In this document: positions 44,664-54,929 of the stretch, piece after piece
How positions within the stretch are numbered: the stretch's first letter is position 1
Layout of the letters: the number at the start of each line of letters is the position of its first letter
Origin: Myxococcota bacterium
Lineage (GTDB): Bacteria; Myxococcota_A; Polyangia; Nannocystales; Nannocystaceae
Direction of reading: 5' to 3'
DNA: 64,000 nt
Assembly: GCA_039028615.1 (NCBI GenBank)
Contig: JBCCHT010000027.1
Coordinates: 1-64,000, forward strand
Made by a program: the position numbers and the translations under genes
Notes under the pieces: generated by a model
What the model was told of the DNA's origin: nothing
What the model saw: the letters and a program-made list of their open reading frames with translations, nothing else
The model's database searches: none

Positions 44664-46283
44664 ATGAAACGACGGACCTTTCTCAACCGCGTAGCGGGTA
44701 CCAGCCTCGCCGCCGGAGCGGGCGCGTACGGGCTCCTCCGAAACCCCTCCCCTGCCAGCGCCGAAGGCTGGGGGGCGTGGCCCACCGATCGGCTCGACGT
44801 CGCCGTCCCGCCCGAGCTGCGTGCCAACAAGGTGCTCGAGCTGTGCTTCCACGGCGGAATCTCGCAGTGGGAAACCTTCTACTCCGTCCCCGAGTGGGGC
44901 GAGGGGATTCGCTTCGCACGGCTCTTCGAGGACGACCTCGGCCTCCGTCCGCAGGACGTCTACAACGAGATCTGCGAGCTCGACGAGCTGGGCAACGACC
45001 CGCGCGGCAACCCGATCGAGCGCTTCAACTACTTCGCCGACGACAGCAACGGACTGCCCATCAACCTGGGGCCGTGGCTCTATCCGCTCAAGCAGCGGCC
45101 CGACATCCTCGACCGCATGCGTGTCGTGGTGCAGCGGCACAACCAGGTCGCCCACGAGGGCGCGAACCCGCTGTCCTTTACCGGGCACTTTTTGGGCAAC
45201 CCCCGCATGGCCGGGCTGGGCTCCGCCATCCAGCGGCACTTCAGCGAGCGCCCCAATGGTCAGCGTGCGCTGCCCTACTCATACGTGCTCTACCCGGGCG
45301 GGGCCGGGTTCTCGGGCTTCAACGCCGCCTCGGCGTCGTCCATCGGCTTTCATCCCGGGTCGGCACGACCGCTGAACGTGACCGTCGCCGCCGACTCGGT
45401 GCTCACCCAGCTGCTCGCTCGCCCGGCGCTCGGCGGTGGCAATACCGAGGCCTTCGACGACCTCATCTCGCACTACGCCGATCGCTACCGCAGCCGCTTC
45501 CGGCCTCGCGGTGTCGGTCAGCCCACGCGGTCGGTCGAGCGTGACAACTACGAGTTCGCCAACTTTGCGCGGCGCAACGCCCCCGAGCTCATGTCGGTGC
45601 TCGACCCCTCGCTGTTCACCGCGCTACAAGGCTCGACCTGCGGCGATAGTCCGGCCTTCCCCGCCGACACCAGCGCCGACCCGGACATGCCCGCCATGAT
45701 GGCGCGGATGGCCCGGCGCCTGCTCGGCCCCACCGGCGACGCCCGCTACGTCTGCTGGATCGACACCGGGCTCTTCCCCCGCCCCGAGGTCGGCTACGAC
45801 GTGCACCAAGAGCACGTCTCCTTCACCTCCCGCTCCGTGCCGCACACGATGCAGCAGCTCGCCGACAGCATCCGCGGCCCCGGCAACATGGAGGGTGACG
45901 ACCTCATCGACCTCGACGAGACGCTGGTCATCCTCAACATGGAGTTCGGCCGCACGCCCGTCCGCCAGACACCGACCAGCTCCGGCACCAACCATCACCC
46001 GTGGGGCTACGTGAACGTCATGATCGGCGGCCCCACCGGTCGCACCGGGGTGAGCGGCTCCCCCTCGCGGGGGGTCTACGGGGCCATCGAAGAGGTCGAC
46101 GGCTCCCAGCTCGGCTACGCGTCCACCTTCGTGACCCCGGCCGAGAACCGCGTCATGGCCCTGTCCGCGCTCGGCATCTATCCGTTCTCGTCACAGAGCT
46201 TCGCCGTCGCCGACATACGGGCGGGCGATACCGAAGAGGAATCCGCGGAGTGGATCCGCAACCAAGCCTGGGGGATCGGCTGA
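44664..46283 (+). CDS. Tat-exported DUF1501-family protein
   Basis: MKRRTFL Tat motif; GGISQWETF, YDVH, MEFGRTP, GTNHHP. Confidence 0.85.
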   Translation: MKRRTFLNRVAGTSLAAGAGAYGLLRNPSPASAEGWGAWPTDRLDVAVPPELRANKVLELCFHGGISQWETFYSVPEWGEGIRFARLFEDDLGLRPQDVYNEICELDELGNDPRGNPIERFNYFADDSNGLPINLGPWLYPLKQRPDILDRMRVVVQRHNQVAHEGANPLSFTGHFLGNPRMAGLGSAIQRHFSERPNGQRALPYSYVLYPGGAGFSGFNAASASSIGFHPGSARPLNVTVAADSVLTQLLARPALGGGNTEAFDDLISHYADRYRSRFRPRGVGQPTRSVERDNYEFANFARRNAPELMSVLDPSLFTALQGSTCGDSPAFPADTSADPDMPAMMARMARRLLGPTGDARYVCWIDTGLFPRPEVGYDVHQEHVSFTSRSVPHTMQQLADSIRGPGNMEGDDLIDLDETLVILNMEFGRTPVRQTPTSSGTNHHPWGYVNVMIGGPTGRTGVSGSPSRGVYGAIEEVDGSQLGYASTFVTPAENRVMALSALGIYPFSSQSFAVADIRAGDTEEESAEWIRNQAWGIG

Positions 46284-46286
46284 GCC

Positions 46287-48650
46287 ATGACCATCCATCC
46301 CTACCGGTTCACGATCGCGCTGTGCCTGGCGGGCACCCTCGTGGGCTGCCGCGACGACCAAGCCGTCCCGCCGCCGCACGACTCGAGCTTCCCCGATGGC
46401 ATGGACACCACCGCGGGCACCGAGCCTCCGCCGAATCTCGACGGTGGCTCCGACGATGGCGAGCCCGAGGCGCCCGAAGCCGAGCTGTGTGACGCCGGCG
46501 ATCAGGCCTGGGTTCACCGCGCCATCACCTTCATCCAGGGTCGTCGTCCGCAGAGCATTCGCGAGGTTCGGCTGCTGGCGCAGGCGATCGAGCAACTCGA
46601 CGAAGCCGGCCTCGACGGTCGTCGTCTCGTCGCCCTGGCGCTCGCGCAGGGGCCCCTTTATCGCGAGCGCTGGCACGACTTCTTCTACGACCAGCTACGG
46701 GTGCACCGTCGCGGCGACCAGCGCAACCCGCTGTGCTACGGCGTGGCCACCGATGCCGCCGACGACACCACGCTGGCCACGTGGATCCGAGACAACCCGG
46801 CGGAGGCACCCACCTCGTGGCCGCAAGACGTGACGATGTACGACGTCGTGCGCAGCTCCTTGCGCCTCGATGACATCTCGCCGGCCTACAGCGCCAACCT
46901 CTTCGCTCGCATGGGCACGCCGATCACGGGCGGCAACGTCACCCGGGCCGAAATCGAAGCCACCAACCGTTCCTCCTACGGCAAGAGCTTCGAGAGCCAG
47001 TACCTCGGCCGCATCACCGAGTGCCTCGGGTGCCACGCCACCCACGACGCGGTCACCAACGCCTTCGGTGAGTTCGACCATCACTGGCCCGTCTACGAGG
47101 ACGCGCACTTCGAGCTGGCCGTCTACGGCCCCTTCGACGACAACAACGTGCTCGCGGAGCCAGAGGTCCACGCGATCTTCCGCCACGCCGGCTTCGTCGA
47201 CTACAGCTGGTGCGACGACGACAGCCCGGACTGCAACGTCGACGACGCGGTCGGGCTGCCCGCGTGGGGCCTCGACTTCAACTGCGGGCTCTTCGATCCC
47301 AATGCCGCCGTCGACCCGCTCGCCGACCTCGGTGACGTGCCCTATATGGCCGGGCCCTTCGCGAACGGCGAGGCGGCCACGCTCTTCGATCTCGAGCCGC
47401 GCTTCCGTCGGGGCCTCGAGGTCCTGGCCGACCAAGGTGTCGAGGCCGGCAACGACGGCGCGCTGCAGGACCCCACGGTGGGGCTGGCGTTCCTCTTTGC
47501 CCTCAACGTCTCGGGCGAGGTGTGGAAGGAGGCGATGGGCTATCCCTTGGTCGTCGCCAATCGCTTCCCTCGCAACCAGGCCCAGCGCGACATCCTCGGG
47601 GCGCTGGCCGAGTCGTTCTGGAGCAGCCACTACTCGCCGCGGACGTTGATCACCGACGTCACCCTCCATCCCTACTTCAACCAGTCGCCCCCCGACCGAT
47701 GCGAGGCCTCGACCCCGTATCACCTCGCGGCCGTGTTCGACCCCTTCACCAAGGAAGCCGACGATCCGCAGCAGCGAGGCAACGGCGTGGGTGACATGGT
47801 GCATCGGCACGGGGCTCGGGTCCTGCTCGGCTCGACCCTGCGGGCGCTGTGGTGGCCCCTGCCCGAGGACTTCGGGGGTCCGGCCACGCCCAACTACGCG
47901 TTCTTGGTGCCCTACGTGACCGAGAACATCGCCAACCCGCCGCGCATCAGCGTCGACGTCGGCTATCGCAACCCGCACTACGTGCGCGCCGACGGCCCCT
48001 ACTCCGCCAACCTGTGCGGGGCCGGCTTCGAGGAGCCCTGCGTCGATGCGCCCACCAACGTCGAGCTTCTGCGAGACATCGGCGTGTTCATCAACGACTC
48101 CGAGGGTGGCTTCAACGGGCTGGACTTCGCCGGCCTGCTGCACTGGGAAGAAGAGCTCGCCGACGGCTTCGACCCCGTTCTGGGGGGGACCTGCACCGGA
48201 CCCACCGCGCCCGCGTGTCCCCCCGCCGACTTCATCGATACGTTGGTGGCCGAGGCCGTCGCCGACTCCAGCTGGTTGATGTGGGACCTCGCCGTCGCGC
48301 TCAAGGATCGGCTCATCACCGACCCCCGACTCGACGACCCCGACGAGATTGCGCTCATGGAGCGGCTCATGGAGGTCTCGCTCGACGACACGGTGGCTGA
48401 GGTCGGTGCCCCCGAGGCCGTGGCCGCGGCGCGACGCCTGACCGGCGCATTGCTCAATACCCCGCAGTTCATGCTCGACGGCGTCACTCCGCCGCCGGTC
48501 GATGCCAGCGACGACCCCACCATCATCGTTCCCGGCATCGAGACCCAGCGACTATGTCAGGACTTCGTGGCGCTCGCGGCCGAGTCCTCGGCCTGGGATA
48601 CGCTACAGGCCACATGCGACGGGGAAACTCTGTCCGTCTCGGCCGACTGA
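46287..48650 (+). CDS. Large lipoprotein partner of DUF1501 with one CxxCH
   Basis: Lipobox LVGC; CLGCH; C-terminal LLNTPQF typical of DUF1501 partners. Confidence 0.75.
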   Translation: MTIHPYRFTIALCLAGTLVGCRDDQAVPPPHDSSFPDGMDTTAGTEPPPNLDGGSDDGEPEAPEAELCDAGDQAWVHRAITFIQGRRPQSIREVRLLAQAIEQLDEAGLDGRRLVALALAQGPLYRERWHDFFYDQLRVHRRGDQRNPLCYGVATDAADDTTLATWIRDNPAEAPTSWPQDVTMYDVVRSSLRLDDISPAYSANLFARMGTPITGGNVTRAEIEATNRSSYGKSFESQYLGRITECLGCHATHDAVTNAFGEFDHHWPVYEDAHFELAVYGPFDDNNVLAEPEVHAIFRHAGFVDYSWCDDDSPDCNVDDAVGLPAWGLDFNCGLFDPNAAVDPLADLGDVPYMAGPFANGEAATLFDLEPRFRRGLEVLADQGVEAGNDGALQDPTVGLAFLFALNVSGEVWKEAMGYPLVVANRFPRNQAQRDILGALAESFWSSHYSPRTLITDVTLHPYFNQSPPDRCEASTPYHLAAVFDPFTKEADDPQQRGNGVGDMVHRHGARVLLGSTLRALWWPLPEDFGGPATPNYAFLVPYVTENIANPPRISVDVGYRNPHYVRADGPYSANLCGAGFEEPCVDAPTNVELLRDIGVFINDSEGGFNGLDFAGLLHWEEELADGFDPVLGGTCTGPTAPACPPADFIDTLVAEAVADSSWLMWDLAVALKDRLITDPRLDDPDEIALMERLMEVSLDDTVAEVGAPEAVAAARRLTGALLNTPQFMLDGVTPPPVDASDDPTIIVPGIETQRLCQDFVALAAESSAWDTLQATCDGETLSVSAD

Positions 48651-48661
48651 GGGCGAGCACC

Positions 48662-50986
48662 ATGCGAGACCTCGGCGTGTTCGTGGGCGTGGCGCTGTGC
48701 GCCTGCGGACCATCGAGCCCGGTCGCCGCGACCGACGGGGAGGACGGCACGGGCTCGGGGTCCAGCACCACGAGCGAGGCCACCACCGCCGGGACGACGA
48801 CGGGCAGCGTCGACACGAGCGACGACGGCGTCGACGACACCTCGACCACGGGTGAGCCCGAGCTGGCCACCTGCGAGCCGGGGCCGACCATCGAGCAAAC
48901 GCCCCCGCCGGGCTCGGACTGCACGCCCCTGCCGCCGCAAGTCGGCGGCCTGTGCCACGCGCTGATCACCGTCGACGGCCTCGAGGAGGGGCCGCGAAAC
49001 CTCGACCTGTTCGACACGAACGCCGACGGCCTGCTCGACATCACGGTGGTCGGTTTCGACTGGACCGCGGTGATGCTGGGTGTGCCGCAGGCGTGGCCGC
49101 GCCCGGCCGCGTCCTCGATGGTCCCGTTCACGACGGGCCCCTCGGGCATCGGTGACCTCGACGCCGACGGGCATGTCGACCAGGTCGTGGGCCGTACGCC
49201 GCTGGTACTCAGCTATGGCGACGGCAACGGGGGCTTCACCGACCGACTAGGCACCACGCTGCCGGGCCCGCTCACCGACGCGCTCACGGCCGATGTGGAC
49301 GGCGATGGCCTCGACGACCTCGTCACCCTGCACGACGACGGCACCGTGTCGGTGCTGCGCGCCACGGGCCGAGGCCGGCTCGCCGTCGACTGGACTCGGT
49401 CGTCGGCCTGCATGTCCCCCACGGGGATGGTCGCCGGGCACTTCGACGACGACGGCATCATCGACCTCGCGATCCGCAGCGGCGACGCGGGCAACGTCAC
49501 CACGCTGCACGGGGATGGCAGCGGTCACTTCACGCTCGGCGGCGGGATCGACATCGCCGCCACGACGCCCGTGCTGCTGGCCGACGACCTCGACGGTGAC
49601 GGCATCTCCGAGGTGATCGTCGCGGAGGCCCAAGTCCCGGTGGTGCGGGTGGTGGACTTTTCCAGAGGCATGCCGACCCCGGGCGCCTCGATCGCGCTCG
49701 AGCGGCCGCCCAGCGACGCCGCCCTCGTCGATCTGCAGGGCGATGGGACCCTCGATCTCGTGTTCGGCTTTGCCGATGCAATGGAGCTGGCCTGGGCCTA
49801 CGGACAAGGGGACGGCACGTTCGGTGCCGTGGAGGCCATCGAGACGCCGGCCGCGACCGAGTACGTTCGCATCGGTGACCTGAACGGCGACGGACAGCCC
49901 GATGCATTCGCTTCCGATGCGTTCGGTACGGGGTCGTTGGCCTACGGCATCCCCGACGGGAGCTTCGGGACAGTGGAGATCGGCTTCGCCGGGGCGGAGC
50001 TCCAGGACTACGTGCTGGTCGACATCGACGCCGACGGTCGCGACGATCTGGTCAGCATCGACGATGAACGCTACGCGACGGCCCTGACCGATCCCGATGG
50101 CGCCCCCGGGGTGTCCGAGAGCGTGCGGCTGCCCGACGTCCACACCGATCTCCGTTTCGTGCTCCGGACCCAGCTCGATGACGACCCTGCCCTCGACATC
50201 CTCGTCGTCGGCGACGAAGTGACGACCCTGGCCCGGCTCAACGACGGCAGCGGCGTGCTCGTCGGCGGCTCGGCCACGGCCGAGGGCTACGCCGACAACG
50301 CGGGCCTCGCCGTAGACGACTTCGATGGCGACCCGCACCCCGATTTCCTGCTCAACGGCGACAACCATCTCCAGGTGATGCACGCCGACGGCATGGGCCA
50401 GCTGGTCCCCGGCGCCACCGTCGGGCCCCTCGGTGGTTCGCGCAATCGACAGGCCACGGGCAACTTCGACGGCGCGGGCGGCCGCGACGTGCTCTGGGCC
50501 CCCCCGTTCGGGACCTTGCTCAGCGTGGGCTTGGGCGACGGCAACGGCAACTTCGGTACGCCCGTGCAGACCGATGTCGGCGAGGAGGTCGACTTCGTCG
50601 GCGTGGGCGACATGGACGAAGACGGCCTCGACGATCTCGTCGCCGACCTCGGCTTCGACTCGATCACCCTGTTCCGAGCCCAGGGCGACGGCACGTTTGC
50701 CGAGCCGCTGCCGATCTTCGTCGGTGCCCACGGTCGCCTATTCGTCGGCGACTTCAACGGCGACGATCACCTCGACATCGGCAGCTACGACGCCGTCGAG
50801 GAGGAAATCGTCACCGCGGTGGGCAACGGCGATGGAACCTTCAGCCCAGGCCAAGACTACCCCGCGCCGTTCCTCTCCCTACCGGTCGCGGGCGACATCA
50901 ACGGCGATGGGCTCGACGACGCGGTCCTGGGCGGCGAGGGCAAGGGCATCCGTTTGCTGCTGTCGAACCCGTGCGGGTGTGGCTGA
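48662..50986 (+). CDS. FG-GAP/VCBS repeat lipoprotein
   Basis: Many DxDGDGxxD and GDGxF motifs; lipobox LCAC. Confidence 0.9.
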   Translation: MRDLGVFVGVALCACGPSSPVAATDGEDGTGSGSSTTSEATTAGTTTGSVDTSDDGVDDTSTTGEPELATCEPGPTIEQTPPPGSDCTPLPPQVGGLCHALITVDGLEEGPRNLDLFDTNADGLLDITVVGFDWTAVMLGVPQAWPRPAASSMVPFTTGPSGIGDLDADGHVDQVVGRTPLVLSYGDGNGGFTDRLGTTLPGPLTDALTADVDGDGLDDLVTLHDDGTVSVLRATGRGRLAVDWTRSSACMSPTGMVAGHFDDDGIIDLAIRSGDAGNVTTLHGDGSGHFTLGGGIDIAATTPVLLADDLDGDGISEVIVAEAQVPVVRVVDFSRGMPTPGASIALERPPSDAALVDLQGDGTLDLVFGFADAMELAWAYGQGDGTFGAVEAIETPAATEYVRIGDLNGDGQPDAFASDAFGTGSLAYGIPDGSFGTVEIGFAGAELQDYVLVDIDADGRDDLVSIDDERYATALTDPDGAPGVSESVRLPDVHTDLRFVLRTQLDDDPALDILVVGDEVTTLARLNDGSGVLVGGSATAEGYADNAGLAVDDFDGDPHPDFLLNGDNHLQVMHADGMGQLVPGATVGPLGGSRNRQATGNFDGAGGRDVLWAPPFGTLLSVGLGDGNGNFGTPVQTDVGEEVDFVGVGDMDEDGLDDLVADLGFDSITLFRAQGDGTFAEPLPIFVGAHGRLFVGDFNGDDHLDIGSYDAVEEEIVTAVGNGDGTFSPGQDYPAPFLSLPVAGDINGDGLDDAVLGGEGKGIRLLLSNPCGCG

Positions 50987-51121
50987 GACACCGGCCGTGC
51001 CACGCGGGCACAAATACCGTAGCGATGGTCACCGAGCCTGCCATGATCCCGCCGACGAGTGGGAATCCTGGTGGCCGTTCTGCCACTGACCCGAGAGCAG
51101 ACGCGTTGCTACGTTGAGATC

Positions 51122-51934
51122 GTGAAACTTGGACGATTGGGTTGGGGAGCGGTGCTCGTGCTCGGAGCCGTCGCTTGTGATCCTGATTCCGCGGCGACGA
51201 CGACCACCGGGGGTACGACGAGCGAAGTCGGAGACTCGGGCACCCCGGAGAAGACGAGCTCGCCCGGCATGACCTCGAATGGGCACGGCGACTCCACCAC
51301 CACTGGCGGAGACGAGGAAAGCACCACCTCCGGCACCGACGAGGCCGCCTCGAGCACGACTTCGGGCGGTGACTCCAGCTCGAGCGGCGATGCCTCCAGC
51401 AGCAGTAGCGAGAGCGGCAGCGAGAGCAGCTCGACCGGCATGGACTCCACCGGGGTCGAAGACGCCACGCTGCGGGTCTTCGTCACCAGCGCGGTCACCA
51501 ATGCGGCACTGGGAGGCACCAGCGGCGCCGACACGCTGTGCACCGACCTGGCCTCTGCCGCCGGGCTCGGAGGCACCTGGTCCGCGTGGCTGTCGACGAC
51601 CACGGTGGACGCCTCCAGCCGCATCGACCCGACCGGGGCCCCCTACACCCTCGTCGACGGCACGGTGGTCGCAGCGGACTTCGCCGACTTGCTCGACGGC
51701 GCGATCGACAATCCCATCAACCGCGACGAGAACGGCAACCCCGTCGCGGCCGACGTATGGACCGGCACGCTCGAGGACGGCACGTCGTTCGGCCTCGACT
51801 GCGGCGGGTGGACCACCACCGCGGGTACCGGCCACTGCGGTGCCGCGGTGCAGTCCAACTTCCGCTGGACCAACAACGTCACGCCCCCGTGCTTCGCCGG
51901 TCTACGCGTCTATTGCTTCGAGGACGGGGCGTAG
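51122..51934 (+). CDS. Lipoprotein with Ser/Thr linker and DUF1554/endostatin-like domain
   Basis: VFVTS...LGG..GAD.LC..LA..AGL...W.AWLS, VWTG, VYCFE. Confidence 0.8.
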   Translation: MKLGRLGWGAVLVLGAVACDPDSAATTTTGGTTSEVGDSGTPEKTSSPGMTSNGHGDSTTTGGDEESTTSGTDEAASSTTSGGDSSSSGDASSSSSESGSESSSTGMDSTGVEDATLRVFVTSAVTNAALGGTSGADTLCTDLASAAGLGGTWSAWLSTTTVDASSRIDPTGAPYTLVDGTVVAADFADLLDGAIDNPINRDENGNPVAADVWTGTLEDGTSFGLDCGGWTTTAGTGHCGAAVQSNFRWTNNVTPPCFAGLRVYCFEDGA

Positions 51935-52800
51935 GCCGAGATGATGGCAGCCACGATCTCGTCGGGCGCGTCCTCTTGGATGAAGTGGCCCGCGTCGGGC
52001 AGGTCGACGACCGTGGCCTCGGGGAACTCCTCTTTCCAGCGCGCGACGAATGAGGGACCGGCGATCACCGGGTCCTTGTGTCCAAACAGCAGCAGCATCG
52101 GCTTGTCGTGCAGGTTCGCGGAGACCCGCCGCTGGAGCGCGTCGAGCCACTCTTCTTCGGCGATGATCGACTTGGGCGCCTCCGCCATGCCCGCGCGCAT
52201 GGACGGCTCGGGGACCACGTCGACATAGTGGGCGAACTCCTCGTCGGTCATGGGCGACTCGAGCGAGCGCTTCATGGCCACCTTGACGAAGAAGTTGTGC
52301 TTCTTGATGAGGTACTGGAGCGGCCACGACCCCATGAGACGGCTGAAGAACCTCATCTTGCGATCGGTGGCCGGCCAAAACCAGGTGTTGCCCATGACCA
52401 GCGCCCCGATGCGGTCGGCGTTGAGCGAGGCAACCTCCATCCCGATGGGACCGCCCCAGTCCTGGCCCATGAGCACCGCGTCCTGCAGGTCGAGGTAGTT
52501 GACCAGCTCGGAGACGACGGCGGCGTGCTCCCGCGGCGTGTAGCCGTAGCCCTCGGGGTGCACCGAGAGCCCGAAGCCGGGGTGGTCGGCCGCGATGCAG
52601 CGGAAGTGGCGTTGGAGCTTCGGAATCATCTTCCGGTACAGGAAGCTCCAGTCCGGGTTCCCGTGGAAGAGGATCAACGGTCGCCCCTGGCCCTCGTCGA
52701 TGTAGTGAATGGGCCCTACGGAACTGTCGAACCACTTCGACTCGAAGGGAAAGAGGGTGGGATTGGGGGTGAAGTCGACGATGTCGTTGGGACGTTGCAT
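51910..52800 (-). CDS. Haloalkane dehalogenase-type alpha/beta hydrolase
   Basis: HGNPDWSFLYR, GFGLS, nucleophile GQDWGG, GHFIQED. Confidence 0.88.
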   Translation of the reverse strand: MQRPNDIVDFTPNPTLFPFESKWFDSSVGPIHYIDEGQGRPLILFHGNPDWSFLYRKMIPKLQRHFRCIAADHPGFGLSVHPEGYGYTPREHAAVVSELVNYLDLQDAVLMGQDWGGPIGMEVASLNADRIGALVMGNTWFWPATDRKMRFFSRLMGSWPLQYLIKKHNFFVKVAMKRSLESPMTDEEFAHYVDVVPEPSMRAGMAEAPKSIIAEEEWLDALQRRVSANLHDKPMLLLFGHKDPVIAGPSFVARWKEEFPEATVVDLPDAGHFIQEDAPDEIVAAIISAYAPSSKQ

Positions 52801-52826
52801 GGCGTCACCTGCTCCTTTCTTCGTAC

Positions 52827-54644
52827 TCAGCGGACAACGGGGGGACAGCCGACGTCGACGCCCAAGCCCTGGAGCTCGGCCAGCGAATCGGCCAGCGAAA
52901 GCGGCACACCGTGTGAGGGCACGATCGTCAGCGGCACGTCGGAGGTGCACGTCGTATCGATGAGGCCGGTGCTCCGCAGCCCGGCGAAGAAGGACTCCGG
53001 CCCGCCCAGCACCAAGGTCGCCCCGAAGCCAGCGTTGTACAGGTCGCCCACGTAGACGTAGCGCTGGCCCCCGAGTTCGACCGCGGTGATCAGCATGTCG
53101 TTCGAGTGGGGGTTGTCGCTCAGGTGGTACGCGGTGACGCTGACATTTTCGTCGCCGATGGAGAACGTGGCGTCCTCGGCCACCACCTCGACGACGGGCA
53201 CCACGTCGGCGCTGGCGAGCGCGTCGGGTCGAACCGTCGACTCCGCGCTGAGGATCTCGTCCCAGAACTCGCCGACCCCGTGTCCGACGACCGCGGTGGC
53301 TCCCGCCGCCACCAGCGAACGCACGCCCGACGAGCGGTCGTAGTGGTAATGGCTCTGCACCACGTGGGTGATCGGCGTGCCGGGGAAGCTCGTTTCGAGG
53401 CTCTCCACCAGGTTCGTGCCGTGGGCGGGAGAGGTCGGCGCCTCCAGCAGGATCAGCCCCTCGTCGTAGCTCACCGCCAGCGAGTTCGTCTGCCCCGCGA
53501 GCAACGTCAGGCCGGGGCCGAGGGGCTGCGGCATGAACATCGGCTCCTCGTCGACGTACGCGATGAGGCTGAAGAACGCGGTCAGGGCCGCGTGGCTCTG
53601 CTGCCCGAACTCGAACGCGTGTTCATCGACCGCGGGCTCGCCCGCCTCGCGCGGCAAGTCGAAGGTGCGGTCCTCGAACGCCGGGTCGATCTGCACCCCG
53701 GTTCGCGTCTCCTCGTGGATGACTTGCCCGGCGGACAGCAGCTCGACCGCCTGCGGGAAGGCCAAGCTCCCCCGCATGTCCCAGTCGGCGTAGCGGACCT
53801 CGATGTCCACATCGCGCACCAGCAGGTGGTTTTCGCGGGTCTCGAGCTTGCTGATGAAGCCGGTCTCCTCATCGACGAAGAGCCGAATCTCCTCCCCCGG
53901 GCCCGCGAAGGTCACGATGCGATGCGGCCGGCCGTCGACGTCCTCCTCGCCGCCTTCCCCGACGAGCGACGAATCGGCCAGCCCCTCGCGAAGATAAAAG
54001 TGAGGGTTGAGCAGCCGCTGTTGCGTCCACAGGGCGCCCACATGCTGCGAGGGCATGGGCCCTGGGGGCACGAACGCTGCCTGTGCACTCAGGCCCCCGA
54101 CGTTGCCGTCGAGCACCACGCTGAACACGGCGGGCGGGAAGAACTGCAGCGCCTCGAACAGCGACACTCGTTCCTTGTCGACACGAAAGCGCTCGTTCGG
54201 AACGTCGAACGAGTACGTGGCGGAGTAGTTGGTGATCGCGACGATCTCGCCCGGCTCGAGCTCCTCGTAGTCGATGTGCCGCGTGCCGCTGGCGGTGATC
54301 TGCAGGCCCTCGAGCGCTTCGAGGGCATCGGCGCCCCCGACCGCATCGACGGCCTGATCGAAGGCACTGCCGTCGGCCCCCGTGCTCGTGTCCGATTCGT
54401 CGGCCGCGGTGGTGTCCGTGCCCTCGGTGACGCCGCTGGTGCTCCCCGAATCGGTGCCTCCTTCGGTGGAGGCATTGCTCATGCCGGAGGTCGAGTCACC
54501 CGTGTCGGTCGTGCCCGCGGTCGCGCCATCACTCGTGCTCGAGTCGTCGCCACAACCGGCGCTCAGTGCGAGCAAGGACGCGCAAGACAATGCCCCGAGC
54601 AGCGTCGAGCGTCGGGTGCGATTGGAGTCGTTGGAGTGGTCCAC
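52827..54644 (-). CDS. Lipoprotein with C-terminal metallo-beta-lactamase fold (HxHxDR variant)
   Basis: Lipobox SAGC; VVQSHYHYDRSSG, PHSNDML, GDLY, VPSHG. Confidence 0.8.
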   Translation of the reverse strand: MDHSNDSNRTRRSTLLGALSCASLLALSAGCGDDSSTSDGATAGTTDTGDSTSGMSNASTEGGTDSGSTSGVTEGTDTTAADESDTSTGADGSAFDQAVDAVGGADALEALEGLQITASGTRHIDYEELEPGEIVAITNYSATYSFDVPNERFRVDKERVSLFEALQFFPPAVFSVVLDGNVGGLSAQAAFVPPGPMPSQHVGALWTQQRLLNPHFYLREGLADSSLVGEGGEEDVDGRPHRIVTFAGPGEEIRLFVDEETGFISKLETRENHLLVRDVDIEVRYADWDMRGSLAFPQAVELLSAGQVIHEETRTGVQIDPAFEDRTFDLPREAGEPAVDEHAFEFGQQSHAALTAFFSLIAYVDEEPMFMPQPLGPGLTLLAGQTNSLAVSYDEGLILLEAPTSPAHGTNLVESLETSFPGTPITHVVQSHYHYDRSSGVRSLVAAGATAVVGHGVGEFWDEILSAESTVRPDALASADVVPVVEVVAEDATFSIGDENVSVTAYHLSDNPHSNDMLITAVELGGQRYVYVGDLYNAGFGATLVLGGPESFFAGLRSTGLIDTTCTSDVPLTIVPSHGVPLSLADSLAELQGLGVDVGCPPVVR

Positions 54645-54929
54645 CGTCGGTTCCTCACTGGGTCCAAGGTGCCGAGCCGTGGGGGCGACACCCGTTCGCT
54701 GCCCAACCTAGGACCACGCGACCGATGTGCGAGCGGCAAGAATGAGGAGGGTCGATGCACGAGCGCATCGCGGCGGAGCGCCGTTCGAGGCCATGTTTCT
54801 GGCCCTTTTGCGATCGATCCCCCTCACTCGATGCGCGGTCGCGAAGCTCGATGAACCAAGCAGCGACCGACGTTGAACCACGCCTCCGCACCATGCACAC
54901 TGAAAGCGTCGATCGAAGAGAAGGGTTCC

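Noticed and set aside
44553..45239. N-terminal extension of the sigma54 activator as a sensor domain
   Set aside because: It overlaps the DUF1501 gene on the other strand and has no domain-like features.
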